In this document: positions 12,175-25,363 of the stretch, in pieces | How the letters are laid out: each line of letters starts with the position of its first letter | How positions within the stretch are numbered: position 1 is the stretch's first letter | From: Podarcis gaigeae | Taxonomy: Eukaryota | Length of the DNA: 64,000 nt | Assembly: GCA_964106915.2 (NCBI GenBank) | Contig: OZ066917.1 | Reading direction: 5' to 3' (one strand) | Notes under the pieces: generated by a model | What the model was told of the DNA's origin: nothing | Databases searched by the model: none | What the model saw: only the letters and a program-made list of their open reading frames with translations | Translations under genes and position numbers: made by a program

Positions 12175-14153
12175 TAATTACTATGCATGGTGTGCAAAAA
12201 ATTGGCAGACATTTCTCCCTTTCCTGTAAGCTGGCATCAGTAAAGTCAAAGGGTGTACATCCACGACAGGCTACATAGTTACCCTGTGGAATTTGCTACC
12301 TCAAGATATGGTCATGACTGCCAACCTGAATTACTTTAGAAGGCGATTGGATGCATGGAAGATAAGACTATCAATGCCTACTAGTCACGGTGGTTGTATG
12401 GTACTGTATGGGATTATGCCTCTGAATACTAGTTTCCGGGGAGTAACTGCAGAATTGCCCTCATATCCTGTGGCATTTCATAGGTATCTGGTTAATCACA
12501 TGGGAAAGAAGATGCTGATAGGCCTTTGGTCTCATCCACCAAGACACTTTATTATGTTGTATTCGGTGACCTTGAGCTGCTCACTACCTCTCAACCCTAA
12601 CCTCTGCCTTGCAAAATTGCTAGGTTAAAGTGGAGAGAAAAGCACAGCACCATACAGTATATAATTCTGGAGCTTTCTCGCATCTGCACCATTTCTCCAG
12701 GTGTTCAAACAAACCTCATGCATACCTTTCTGGCATGGAGCTGGCATTTATCTAAGAATGCAGCAAGATATTGCAGAGCTCCAGATAAGACTGCATAATA
12801 TTGAAGTTTCTTGTAGGTTAGGCAGTGTTCTACAGGGTAACAACCAACACATAGTACTGCGTGATGGAAGAGCCTACCCAGTGGCCTGTTTGCTACGATA
12901 AGCAGTTAAGAACGGGGGTGAGGGTGTGTATATGGCGAGGATGGGACTCTATTGCCTGCCTGAACAATACATTGTGCTCTTACTCCCTAATGTGTCCTAC
13001 TTAATAATCTGTCAGTGCCTTCAGTGGGTGAGTTAAGCCTTGTAAATAAACCCATGGAAATTACTAGCCTTCAAAAAATGTCCGTCTCGCCCAATACATC
13101 CTTCTTGCCTCCTGGGGGCTGGCAGAGGAGGGACTGAGAGCAAAGGCCAACATCAACACCTGGCATTCTTTTGCAGCTGGCAGAACCCACTGCGGATGCC
13201 TTCCTTCCCGCCTCCATTTTTTTCCTGGCCTGGTGCTTTGTGACTCATTCTATCCACCGTTCTAACCCCTTTCCTCTTGAGATCATTGGAAGAACAGAGG
13301 GCCACCACTTTTGGTAGCGACAACACATTGGCGGAAACATGCAGCTGCTCCTCTACCCTGTGGCTCTCTATATATTTAAAGCTAGGAATTTTAATCACTT
13401 TCTTTTGGTTGCAAGACGTTGAGATTCCCCCCCCCCCTCTTGTTGCTTTGTTTGTCTTTGCTATATGATGGTGATATACTATCAAACTAGGAAGTGGGAA
13501 GAAAAAGAGATGCTCAATTACTAAAAGGTTAGCACGTGAAGCAGCTGACCAGAGCCAGGTCATTGTCACTTTACCAGAGTCAAAGTGTTGTTAGGAGGAT
13601 ACATACATTTTTAACAAGGACACATTCAGTTTGTCTTACGCAAGGGAAGGAGCATGGTGCAGCTAGGATTAGACCCGGGGTCTGTGGCATTCATATGTGA
13701 TTCAGATAAACATTTCTCTGTTACGAACAAGTATTTCGCTGTATATTTTTATTGGGGAGGTTTTGTCTGAACTGCTTATATTAAAGAGGACAACAGAACC
13801 CTTTGTAGGCTTGGATTGCATATTAATAAACCAGGCTTTATCTGTTTTTCGGGTGCTGCAGTTTTGCAAATAAACTTTCAGACCATGATTCATTTAAATA
13901 CTAATAGCCAAAAGAAATGGGCAGGAACAAGCTTTTTTATTTTGTTGCAGAGACTCTGAGCTAATCATTTACAAAGTGCTGAATGAATGTGCTCAGATTA
14001 AGGACATTCCAGCATCTCAAAAATAACACTCACTATGGCTTAGCTATTCAGGTAAATATGTATTTTTCCTCTTAAGTAGGCCCAGCAACATCTATCTTGT
14101 TTGTTCATGTCATATTCTTCATGTACCACGCTTTCAAGATTATAGTTATAGTG

Positions 14154-14252
14154 TAAGGGTAAAGGACCCCTGGACGGTTAAGTCCGGTCAGAGGTGACCT
14201 ATGGGGTGCAGCACTCATCTCACTTTTCAGACTGAGGGAGCCAACGTTTGTC
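14154..14252 (-). mobile_element. Sauria SINE 3' fragment
   Basis: aagggtaaaggacccctggacggttaagtccgg is the reverse-complement 3' end seen in the other copies. Confidence 0.8.
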
Positions 14253-14635
14253 TTCCATAAGTTGCTGGGGGTTTTTATCTCCCTTATTTGTGTCTAAAAA
14301 TATCTTTACTGGTAGGCGTTCTTCATGTCACAAGTTAAGCGCAGGGTTGTTCATGTGGCCATGGAATTGATTTCACTTGAATCTGATTTCTGTGTCCCTC
14401 ACTGTCTGACCTCAGTCATAAGCTATCCATTTTCTTCTTTCTGATAGCTTACAGTAAGTTGTCCAAAATCTTCAGAATTCAAAACGTTGTAGGATTCAAA
14501 AGCAGCATTGATATTTCCTTGCAACTAAAAATCCTTCCCCAGAAATCCTGACTGAAGATGATATCTGGGACTAAGAAATCTGCATGCTGATGTAAGTGGA
14601 ACCAGTGTGGTTGGGTCTCTTTGTCTTCACACTTA

Positions 14636-14886
14636 CCGGATTTTTCGCTCTATAAGACGCACCAGACCATAAGACACGCCTAGTTTTTGCAGGAAGAAAA
14701 CAAGAAAAAAAATATTCTGAATCCCAGAAGCCAGAACAGCAAGAGGGATCGCTGCGCAGCAATCCCTCTTGCTGTTCTAGCTTCTGGGATAGCTGTGCTG
14801 CCTGCATTCACTTCCATAAGACGCACACACATTTTCCCTTACTTTTTAAGAGGGAAAAAGTGTGTCTTATAGAGCGAAAAATACGG
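14636..14886. mobile_element. pogo/Tigger-like MITE with an internal palindrome
   Basis: TIRs CCG(G)ATTTTTCGCTCTATAAGAC / GTCTTATAGAGCGAAAAATACGG with a TA TSD; hairpin at 14721-14790. Confidence 0.9.
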
Positions 14887-16132
14887 TAGCTTCTTTTAAA
14901 AGGTTGGTTTAAAGTTCTGCCTCTTCATTTTAAACTACTGATTGTCTCTGCAAGATCATGTACAAATAACAAATTTGACTGAAACCAGAATCAATGTTTT
15001 GGCTATTAAAAAAAAGTTTCCTGTTTAAAAAATGCTAATAGACATGACATTAATGTCTTCTGTTCTAATTTGACTTGATTATTTCAGTTGAATGTAATTG
15101 CCTGGAAGAGAAGCGCTTGGTACAAGGTACGGTCAAGTGATACTTCAGAAAAGAGTAACTTGTTACTGGAATCAGTTAGAATATATATTGAACTGGAACC
15201 TGCTAGAGATTGGGGAATATATTTTCCATTAAAAGCAATTGCAGCTGTTAAATAGCATGTAATATGCAAACACGGTCAAGAGTTTTGTTAATGAGTCACT
15301 TTGCAGAGCGTAAATAAGACCTGTTGCTACTCTTTGCATTTCATATGCTTTTTGTCCCGCTGTTTACAAACATGAGCACACATTCACTCACTAATTATAT
15401 ATCTGTGAAGTGGGGATATGCCCAATATTTCACAAAGTAGGTTCTAGTCTACAAAACCTTGTGTTATGTGTGTGTGTTTAAGTGTTTAAGGTGTTTTAAT
15501 TTGTTGGAAGCTGCCCAAAGTGGCTGGGGCAACTCAGTCAGGTGGGCAGCTTATTATTATTATTATTATTATTAGCCATAGATTCATTAATTGTATTGTA
15601 CATTAACCTAATAGGCCAATACATCTGGGAACCATACAAATCTGTGTGCCAGGTGGGGGTCTCATTTCGTACCACAGAGCTGCTCAATGGCAGTATTCCA
15701 CTAGCTATTGGTTGCTGGAGAGGCAATTGCTTCCCAGCATTATCTGTGGGCTTCCTGAAAGCATGTGAGAATCAGGGTGATGGACTCACTGTATATTTGC
15801 CTTTGGTCTGATCCAGCATCTTTCTTATTACATTCTCCTGGTCCTTGTTGCTTGTAGTACCTTTTCAGATTTAGACTGTTGGCCAGTTTCGACATAAAAA
15901 GGAATTCATGGTTTCCCACTATGAGAACAAGAAGATGCTAGCATTAGGCTATTGTAATATTCCCTCTCTCCTCTCTAACCTCTTCTGCTTCCACAGGTAT
16001 GGGACTGAGAACTTCAGTTTTCAGCTAACCACAGTTCCTCATAACATCTGAATTTGAAGCTTCAGTGAGAGCAAGCCAGTACAAACCATGATTTTGGACC
16101 CTTGCATATTCACTCTACCCATTTGCTTAAAC

Positions 16133-16330
16133 CAGTGGTGTCCAAACTTTTTTCAAAGAGGGCCAGATTTGATGAAGTGAAGGGCCGTGAGGGCCAAAAG
16201 TAAAGTTGTTGACCTTTTTTTATAGGATTGGAGGGATTGATTTTACCCAGGAAATAAACTGCCACAGGGGCTGGATTAAACCGACCTGCGGGCCAGATTA
16301 GGCCCCCGAAACGGACTTTGGACATCCCTG
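16133..16330. mobile_element. hAT MITE
   Basis: TIRs CAGTGGTGTCCAAA / TTTGGACATCCCTG; 8-bp TSD GCTTAAA(C/T). Confidence 0.85.
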
Positions 16331-16567
16331 GCTTAAATGCTCCTGACACAACCTGATGCTTCAGATGGCAACTCCCTTCATCTCTAGCACAGCCAATGGG
16401 CAGAGACGAAATGACCTAAGGTGGGAGTGTAACAGAGAGGTGTTACGAAATTATTCATGGGCAAGGAGCGTGGATAGAGGTTTTTCTCCCCCTTGCATAA
16501 TATTCGAAACTGAGACCATCCACTGCAGCTGAATGTTGGAATATTCAGGAGGGATGAAAAAGGAAGT

Positions 16568-17514
16568 CCGTATTTTTCGCTCCATAAGACGCACTTGACC
16601 ATAAGACGCATCTAGTTTTTAGAGAGGGAATGCAAGGAAAAAAAGATTCTTTACAGGGAGCGCTGAGCAGAGCCTGTATGCATCCTAGGCTCTGCTCAGC
16701 GCTCCCTTTCATGAGCCGCGTGGAGTGTGTGTGTGGCGCTTGCAGGCTTTTCCCTGAGGAGGGAGACGGGCAGCCTCTTTCTCCTTGGGGAAAAGCCCCC
16801 AAGAGTTGTACACATGCTCCATGCGGCTCTTTAAAGGGAGCGCGGCTCTTGGGGGCTTTCCTGAGAGGTGGGGAAAGGGACAAAGCCGTGTGCTCTGTCC
16901 CTTCCCCCACCTCCTGCAAGAGCCGCACACTAAGCCAGAAGCCAGGACAGCAAGCGGGATTGCTGCACAGCGACCGCTCTTGCTGTCCTGGCTTATGGGA
17001 TAGCCGCGCACAGCCTCTCCCGGGCAGTGGGATGAAGGCTCCCCCAAGAGCCGCGCTCCCTTTAAAGAGCGCGCAGAGCGTGTGTGCAGCTCTTTAAAGG
17101 AAGCGCTGAGCAGAGCCTCCCGCCTGCATTCGCTCCATAAGACGCACACACATTTCTCCTTACAGTGGTGCCCCACAAGACGAATGCCTCGCAAGACAAA
17201 AAAACCCGCTAGACGAAAGGGTTTTCCGTTTTTTGAGGCGCTTCGCAAGACAAATTTCCCTATGGACTTGCTTCGCAAGACGAAAACGTCTTGCGAGTCT
17301 TGCGAGTTTTTTCCCTTCCCCCCCTTTTTCTAAGCTGCTAATAGCCGCCTAGCCGCTAAGCCGCTAATAGCGCTAATCCGCTAATAGGGATGCTTCGCAA
17401 AACCAAAAAACTGCTAGACGAAGAGACTCGCGGAACAGATTAATTTCGTCTTGCGAGGCACCACTGTACTTTTTATGAGGGGAAAAGTGCGTCTTATAGA
17501 GTGAAAAAATACGG
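16568..17514. mobile_element. Longer pogo/Tigger-like MITE of the same family, with a nested MITE
   Basis: TIRs CCGTATTTTTCGCTCCATAAGACGCAC / GTGCGTCTTATAGAGTGAAAAAATACGG; GC-rich palindromic interior. Confidence 0.9.
17163..17466. mobile_element. Tigger-like MITE nested in the pogo-like MITE
   Basis: TIRs CAGTGGTGCC(C)C(A)CAAGACGAA / TTCGTCTTGCGAGGCACCACTG with a TA TSD; internal CGCAAGACGA and GCCGCTAA repeats. Confidence 0.92.
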
Positions 17515-17517
17515 TAT

Positions 17518-17672
17518 TTAGAATCGTGGATTGTAGAGTTGGAAGGGACTCCCAGGGTCATCAAGTCCAGTTTCCTGCAATGCAGGAATCTTATCTAAAA
17601 CATCCATGACCATCCAGCCTCTGCTTAAAAACCTCCAGAGAAGGAGAGTCCACCACCTCCAGAGGGAGCCAG
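17518..17672 (-). mobile_element. CR1 3' end
   Basis: tagaatc..tagagttggaagggac...catccagcctctgcttaaaaacctccagagaaggagagtccaccacc. The minus strand encodes VVDSPSLEVFKQRLDGH. Confidence 0.82.
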
Positions 17673-18828
17673 CTCTTTCTGTTTTCTCCACATAGTATTG
17701 CTCCCATAAGCCACCAACTTACATGACTTTTAAAAGGGTTTAGATCATAGAGGTTAAGGCTATCAGTGGCAATTAAACATGATGACTGTGTGCTGTCCCC
17801 AGTGTCAAGAGACAGTATGTCTCCGAATACCTGTTGTTGGGAACCACAGGCAGGGATAGCGCTGCTTATGGGCTTTTCATAGGCGTCTGACTGGCCACTA
17901 TGAAGACAGGATGTTTGCACTAGATAGGCCCTTGGTCTGATCCAGCAGGTTTCTGTTTTTAATGTTCACTCCAACATCTGGAGGACACCAGGTTGCTGAA
18001 GGCTATTTTAAGCAAATTAGTTTCTGAGTTCATACATTACAGGCCGCTGCAGTTAATTTGAAACTGGCTTATTTTCCTCAGAGGCATGCAAGGAAGTACT
18101 ATGAGCTAGTGACTGAGGTGTCAAGAACTTAGAAGGCAGAACTGATACCCAATTCAATTATACTTTCAAATGGCTCAGTATAGGTTTTATCTAGCATTCT
18201 CATTTCATTCACACAACAGGTTTCTGTTTGAACAATGGAATTCCCCTTCCTCTTCTCTCTCTCTTCCCCCCCACCCCAAAGCATATGCTCTAAATCTGCT
18301 CCAGAACAGATTTTGGGAACATGCCGTGGGGAAGAGGAAGAAGTCAGTTGCGCAAGTAGAACGCCACTCTCACAGCCCTATATTTCTGAACCTCTCTTAC
18401 GAATATGAATAGTTTTGTTACCCTGGCAGTTGTTAATAATGCTCACTGATTCCAAAAGCGTGCCCCAAAATTAATTAGTCTGTAGGGGACATGGGGTCTA
18501 GAAGAGTTTATAAAGGTGATCTGCTTTGGTTGAAAAAGGTACCTTTGATCATAAGGGAGCTAGGAGCTTCTACCCCGATGAGGTGACCTGCTTTCTATCA
18601 CCACAGACATTGTTTTAATGTTAAAGACTAAGCTTGGGTATAATTGTTAAACCTTGAGCTCCTTATAGCATTTCTGTAGCAGAGGTCTTGATACCACTAT
18701 TGTGATGTCATAACCAAAGTATTAGCGTGCATTTGCCATGCATTGAGCTGGTTCACATGGCACACTAAACCAAACCCAGAATCAACCTTGGCTGTAGCTC
18801 ATGAGGAGAGAGTCAGTTTGCACTAAGC

Positions 18829-19079
18829 CAGGGGTCAGCAAACTTTTTCAGCAGGGGGCCGGTCCACTGTCCCTCAGACTTTGTGGGGGGCCGGACTATA
18901 TTTTGAAAAAAATATATGAACGAATTCCTGTGCCCCACAAATAATCCAGAGATGCATTTTAAATAAAAGCACACATTCTACTCATGTAAAAACACGCTGA
19001 TTCCCAGACCGTCCGCAGGCTGGTTTTAGAAGGTGATTGGGCCGAATCCAGCCCCTGGTCCTTAGTTTGCTTACCCATG
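18829..19079. mobile_element. hAT (Charlie-like) MITE
   Basis: TIRs CAGGGGTCAGCAAACT / AGTTTGCTTACCCATG. Perfect 8-bp TSD CACTAAGC at 18821-18828 and 19080-19087. Confidence 0.88.
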
Positions 19080-20828
19080 CACTAAGCTAAGCCTTGGCTT
19101 CATTCATCATGGTGTGGCATCAAAAAGGACCAGGAAGGAACAAAGATTCTCTCTGAGTGGCTGCACATCAGTGGAACCACTGGAAAAGTCCCTAGCTCTC
19201 ATAGGAGCAAAAATAAGCACATTATTCCATTTTTACAGATGTAATTGAATGGTTGCAGAAATGCAGCTGGACAGATGGATTGCAACATTGGCATGGGCCA
19301 GAAATAGTGATCTATCTATTACTTTTTAGGTAAAAAGAAAGAGGGAAAGGGGGGGGGGGACTTGCTTTCTGGCATGCTAATAGTTCCCAGGAGCATAACA
19401 CAAATAGAGAACCAAGTTGGGTAACACTGTAACACATTGTATTCTTGGCTGTCTCCAGCAAAATGCCCTCTTTTGGAAGTGCTATTTCAAAAGGCAAAAT
19501 GGTCTCATTCATTCATTCATTACAATTTGACCCCCAAGCCAATCCTTTTAAAATTACTTCAGTATGTGCTATATCACAGTTATCCCATATTAGCCATAAT
19601 ATGATGAACGAACGAACTATTAAATGGTCCAAAACTGTTTCCCCAAAAGTCCTGAAAATTCCACAGTTGCAGCATAGTCTAGCTAGGCCTCCTAGCTGCT
19701 AAATAATGTGAGATTAAAAATCCTTTGTCTAAGTGATTTTGTAGTTCTTGAAGTTGTGGTAAGATTTGATTGAAACAGGTGTGTGTGCGCGCGCAAATTA
19801 TTAGGCTACTTATTATTTGAGGGATATTCCTCTGCTTATTTTTAGTAATTGCACAGATTTAATAAATATGTGGTGCTAGTTCAATACTAACCTATTACTG
19901 TACTTATAAACTACTTCTAGAAAAAGGCTGTGGCAATGATTTATCAGTTAAATTCTTCTGTGAAAGAAACGAGTGCTACAAAACAAATCTCTTACTAGGA
20001 AATTTGATGTGCAGGACAAATTCCATGCAAGAACAGCAGAGGTCAGACTGCATTAGCAAATGGTGACTTGTGACAGAATACATTCTCTTATGACATGTGA
20101 AAATAGAACTTTTATTTGTTCGCTGTGTTAACTTTTGTTTTGCTTTGTGGTTAAGGAGCAATGATATAAAACCAAAATAAGCAAACATTTAATATAGGCC
20201 CAAAAAATATGAGAGCTGAACAAAAAAATACATAGCAATGCACCACATACAAAAACATCAGTAATAAGCCAGATAAGCTTGGGAGCAGAGTGGAGGAAAA
20301 TAACACTGAATTTTAGCAATGGCAGCATCAGTGTCAAGTTATCCCAGCTTTGTTTTTAATAGGAAACATTTTTCCCCAATTTGCTTTTTTTGCTAGTGCG
20401 ACAAATCTATTTTTCTCCCTTCCCTTCCTCAAGCATATATTAAGCACGTTAGTAGATACGTAGATATGTGTGCATTGCTGTACCATGGAGGAGGCTTTTA
20501 AACCATATTTAGATTCTTTTTGTATTATTTTTTATGATATTACCATCATGTACTGTAAATATTCTGTTATCAGTCTTATTGACATTTGTTGTACAAAAAC
20601 TTTCACTAGGTATTTTTTTGTTTAGCTCTCATATTTTGTTCTATATGTAATAATAATAAAAGTTCTAAATTTTAATAGTTCTTTCCTTAACCATTTGCCA
20701 TAATTGAAAGTAAGCAATCTTTTTTTTTTATGCCCCTCTTTTTTCTCTTTGGTATTTTTAGGAAATAGGAGTTCATATCCCATATGGTGGTGGTTATAAA
20801 TTTACTTTTCTAAAATGCCAATACATAT

Positions 20829-21089
20829 AAGAAGAAGAAGAGAAGAAGAAGAGTTTGGATTTGATATCCCGCCTTTCACTCCCTTTAAGGAGTCTCAAAG
20901 CGGCTAACATTCTCCTTTCCCTTCCTCCCCCACAACAAACACTCTGTGAGGTGAGTGGGGCTGAGAGACTTCAAAGAAGTGTGACTGGCCCAAGGTCACC
21001 CAGCAGCTGCATGTGGAGGAGCGGGGAAGCAAACCCGGTTTACCAGATTAGGAGACTACCGCTCTTAACCACTACACCACACTGGCTCT
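20829..21089 (-). mobile_element. tRNA-derived SINE (Squam3-like)
   Basis: Reverse complement of the 9532-9775 family, with a (GAA)n tail. Confidence 0.87.
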
Positions 21090-22072
21090 TCTATATATAT
21101 ATAGAAGTAAGAAGCAAAGCTTCACCATACTGTCTTGCAACCCTAAGTGAAATTATTATTGTAAAATATATAACAGTTTTGCTATGCACCAAATTATTGT
21201 AGTGGTGTTGTTGTTGTGGTTAGATTTATGTCTTCATCTGAAGATCGTAGGGTGGCTCACAATATCTTGTTCGCTTATGTTGTGGTCAGTTCAAAAAGCT
21301 GAAATGGAGCAGAGGAGGATTTTCTTGCAAGAAAGAGTGGGAAAGATTATAGACAGCTAAGAGCATCTTGTTTATAGGAAAATCAGCTAGTAATTCTGAC
21401 CACAGAAGCTGTGAAAATAAATACACTTCAGATTCTGAAGTAAAGTGCAGGTATCAAAAACAACTCACAGAAAAACTTCCCCGAATAAACTGACCTCAGA
21501 GAGCTGATCCCTGCTTCACAGAAAAACAACTTTATTTTCGTTTTAATAAAAAGAGTCAGCCTGGAATGTTACCACTTTGAATCCTTGTGGTGCTTTCACC
21601 CAAGTGGCCTAGTGAGCTCCTAGCCATTGTTAAAGAGATTGGGAGCATGCTGTAAACTCACATGGCTTTGTTTCACTCATGCAATTTTCCCACCTCTTCT
21701 CTTGGTATGATTATGGAAGGCTTGTGCAATTGTATATATCATTTCTCACTATATATAAAAAAGCCCTAAAATGATTTACAACCAAGTAAACTAATAAAAT
21801 AAAATGATGAAATCAGAAATGTACTAAAAAAAACATATTTAAATGGTGCAGTGCTAACTAGACCTTGTTGATTCTAGACCGGGTTAATACTAGTTAACAC
21901 GGATCATGTGTGCATCTTCACATTTTAAGACCCTGCAGGTGTTTTTTTTCTGCTGCACAGCTAGCGTACCAACTGTTATCAGTTAAAACTGAAAACTCTA
22001 ACCTGGACACACTTATGAAAGTATTAATAGTGCATAGTACTTTCTTTAAAGCAGAACTAAACTTGGTTGTTA

Positions 22073-22458
22073 GGGACGCGGGTGGCACTGTGGATTAAAC
22101 CACAGAGCACTGTGGATTAAACCACAGATCGGCTTGCCAATCAGAAGGTTGGCGGTTCGAATCCCCGCGACGGGGTGAGGGCCCATTGTTTGGTCCCAGC
22201 TCCTGCCAACCTAGCAGTTCGAAAGCACATCAAGTACAAGTACTGTAGATAAATAGGTACCGCTCTGGCGGGAAGGTAAACGGTGTTTCTGTGCCCTGCT
22301 CTGGTTTGCCAGAAGCGGCTTAGCCATGCTGGCCACATGACCTGGAAGCTGCCTGCAGACAAATGCTGGCTCCCTTGGCCTATAGAGCAAGATGAGCGTG
22401 CAACCCCACCCCAGAGTTGTCCGCAACTGGACCTAACGGTCAGGGGTACCTTTACCTT
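22073..22458 (+). mobile_element. Sauria SINE, full length, with an internal 22-bp tandem duplication
   Basis: GGGACGCGGGTGGC head through TTTACCTT tail. 15-bp TSD TAAACTTGGTTGTTA at 22058-22072 and 22459-22473. Confidence 0.95.
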
Positions 22459-25363
22459 TAAACTTGGTTGTTATTAAAAAACTGATGCCCTAAGCATTTT
22501 AACCCACTTGTTGTTTTTGTTTGTTTGTTTGTTTTAGTTTTCAAAAGAATCAGCCTCTTGAGAAGCCTGAATAAACTGGTGACTCTTTCTTCCTTTTGAA
22601 TATTTCAATTATAATACCTTTTCTTGTGTGAAAATTGCAATAAAAACAAAGCAGGAGTTCTTATAGATTGGGCACTTTAAGGTGAGGAGGAAACCCAGCT
22701 GTTGTCTACTGAGCTGAAATGGAAGGTTATGACAACTGTACATTCTTGGGAGTATTTGCACAATAGTCCCACATCCTGTTATCTTATTGCCTTCAAATCT
22801 AAACCGGAGATAAACAGGTCATAATTAGCAAGTGCCAAATTCCTTCTGAAGTATATCATGATTCCTGTTCTCCTGACTTGTGATATATATGGAACATATG
22901 TGCAATGCAATATATTACTCTTAGATGTTTTATGTGGTGGTCCCATGGAATAAAGTGAAGCCACATCTAAGAGAAGTTAAAGGCTTAAAACAAATATTAA
23001 GACCCAAGTAGAAGGATAAAAGTCTTGTTGCATTACATACATCCCTGCCTCTGAGGCACATTGATGTGGTCTGAACTGGGCATACATACATTTTATTGAT
23101 TCTGTGCTGCAAAGTTGGTACGCATCAGCTTTTGATAGCCTGCTTGAGCAAAAATAATGCATCATTGTATTGGCTGCCACCATTCTTGGGCAGGGCTCCA
23201 AGAGCAGAATAATTAATGTTATCCAAAGATACAAATTTGAACTTACATCTGACTATTTAAAAGCTGACCCTGTACACACTGATGATCCCAAGTGGATTTG
23301 TTACATTTATGATATACATATAGTCATTTATTACAAGCTGCATTGGTTGTTCATTTCTATGTTTTGAGGTCTTTGGGCGGTTGCTGGATTGTGGTTTACC
23401 TGAGGTTCTGGCAGAGCTTGCTTGCTGGAGCCATGTGAACATTTCGTTAAACTTGTTCTGCATGTATTTCCACCGTGGTGCATCTTAGCCACACCTTGTC
23501 ATTGCTAGTGACATATATGGTAATCTCGATGCTGTGGACTAATCAAGTTGGAATGTAAACAGGGTGGAGAATCCCAGCTAGCTGCAGGTGCTGTGGCTGG
23601 ATTAGATTATGGGATGCTTGCCTCAAAGCATGTTGTGTGCTTTGAATACCGAAGGCTTAAGAGGTTTGATCCCTGGTATCTCCTCTGATAAATTTATGAT
23701 AGGTATGCTAAAAGACCTTGCAAGGCTGATGTCAGTCAGAACAGGTAGTGCTGCGCTAGATGGAACAATGGTCTGACTTCTTTGTAGATTAAGCACATTT
23801 TTAGACATTACTCTTTTAAATTTGTTTCATTTTAGGTTGTAATGCAGATATTGTGAATGTCAAATCTCTTCTGTACCCTATCCACTCATAGAACAAATAG
23901 TCTCAGATTGGCTAAAAAGCATATTTATTACAGATGTTTGAGACTGTTCAAACTTTTGCTCATTTTCAGCTGCATCATCAAGCAGTTTCATTTTATTCAC
24001 ATATTCTGTACACAAATGCATAAATCACTTAATTTTTTTCACTGGATGTTCTGGAGCAGGAGCAGGAATAGTGACGTGCAATGAAGTTTGTGAACGGCAA
24101 ACATGTATGAAGGAATCAGTCTATGCCAGTGAGCTTTTATTGGTGCAAAGAACCTCTTGATTAATAATAAATTAATTAATGAACTGGGCTGATCATGGCA
24201 AAATTCTATGTTTTGAATAGGCAAGGTATGGTTCCATGATAAGTGCTTCAGCACAGTTTTGCTTAAAATTGTGTGTATGCAAGCTTTTTGCAAGCCCAGA
24301 GGGACTTCCGCATAGTTGTGCTTAACATTTGAATGATGGACCGCTGCAAATCCTTCTAGAAATGTCCAGCATGTAATGTAATTTTGTCATCATGCCAAAA
24401 AACACCCCTAAACCTTACTTAAATAAATCTGATTAGACTTGATACATAGAAGATTAAATAGGGAATTTTAAGACTTGACCTCCCCTTTCAACATCCCCTC
24501 CCCTTTTTTCATATCTTGCAGTTGAGCCATCAAGTTATTTTGTATGATGTATAGCTTAATGCTAAAGGTATTTCCTAGCTTTAATTTCTTATTCAGGGCA
24601 CAGTGGAAGAGGTGTCTTCAGTTGCTTTACTGGTCTATAAATAAAACTTTTTTGTTTGTTTCAGAAAATAATTGCTATGTTTAAGTAGCAGAGAAGGGCA
24701 TGGTGCCATGGAGTATGTTGCTGAGAAGATGTATTTACATGGAATAGGCTGTTCTTTGTCTGAGTTGCTAGGCAGAACTTCAGACATTCTTAAAGTCTGA
24801 ACATTCCAATATGTAGCTGATCATAGAAACCATTGTGGTCTGCAAATAAAGCTTTAAGCATCTTGTCTAACACACATGAGCAGTCTGGGCTATGGCAAGC
24901 CTTCTAGCATAGTTAATGTCATGCATTTAGAAGAGCATTCCATAAGGGTCAGATCTCCAAAATTATTTCACTGACCACAGAAAAAGTATAAATAGATTAG
25001 AAATGCAAATATTTTCATTTGCTGCTGTCTGCTTTGTAATGTACAGTAGAATAATGCCTCCCATGTTGACTAAAAAGGGAGTGCAAGCTAATGTTGAGTA
25101 AGACCAGGATTCCACCCAATACAAGGCAGCTCTTGTTTGTTAACATTTTGCAGCTTCACTTGTTTGCAGCCAGATTACTTCCTCCATCCATGATTGCTGT
25201 GTGTAGTTTCTGGCAAGTACCACTAAACTTTCAAATTTTCCTTGTGTCTTCTCATCAGGTCCTTGTATTAAGTTTCCTGTCATATGTCTTTGGAGGTTCT
25301 GAGCAATTTTTGTGTAGGGGAGGCAAAAGGATTTCTTTATCAGCAGACAATGTTAAGTGTAGC

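Larger units (their letters stand above)
11745..12176 (+). mobile_element. L2-clade LINE 3' fragment, same family, with nested Penelope
   Basis: Near-identical to about 5905-6200; (AAT)n tail at 12143-12176. Confidence 0.9.
11590..12550 (+). mobile_element. Old CR1 LINE 3' fragment split by L2
   Basis: CR1-like catgatagaggtttata before the L2 continues as tatgcatggtgtg and then gattggat...ctatcaatgcctactag. Boundaries are approximate. Confidence 0.65.
16425..17955 (+). mobile_element. Old CR1 3' fragment split by MITEs and an antisense CR1 end
   Basis: gtggatagag..ttctccc..cataat..gctgaatgttggaa..ttcagga..aaaggaagt on the left, resuming as gccaccaactt..ctttt.aaaagggtttaga..ctatcagtggc near 17710. 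Boundaries are approximate. Confidence 0.65.

Noticed and set aside
17330-17390. CRISPR-like short repeats (GCCGCTAA; also TAAGGGAC at 40440-40540)
   Set aside because: The DNA is eukaryotic, spacing is irregular with no unique spacers, and the repeats are internal to TIR-bounded MITEs.
18435-18500. A third, degenerate Penelope/hammerhead tail
   Set aside because: Only a vague likeness (caaaagc...aaaatta.ttagtct.tagg); the CUGANGA core and stems cannot be recovered.
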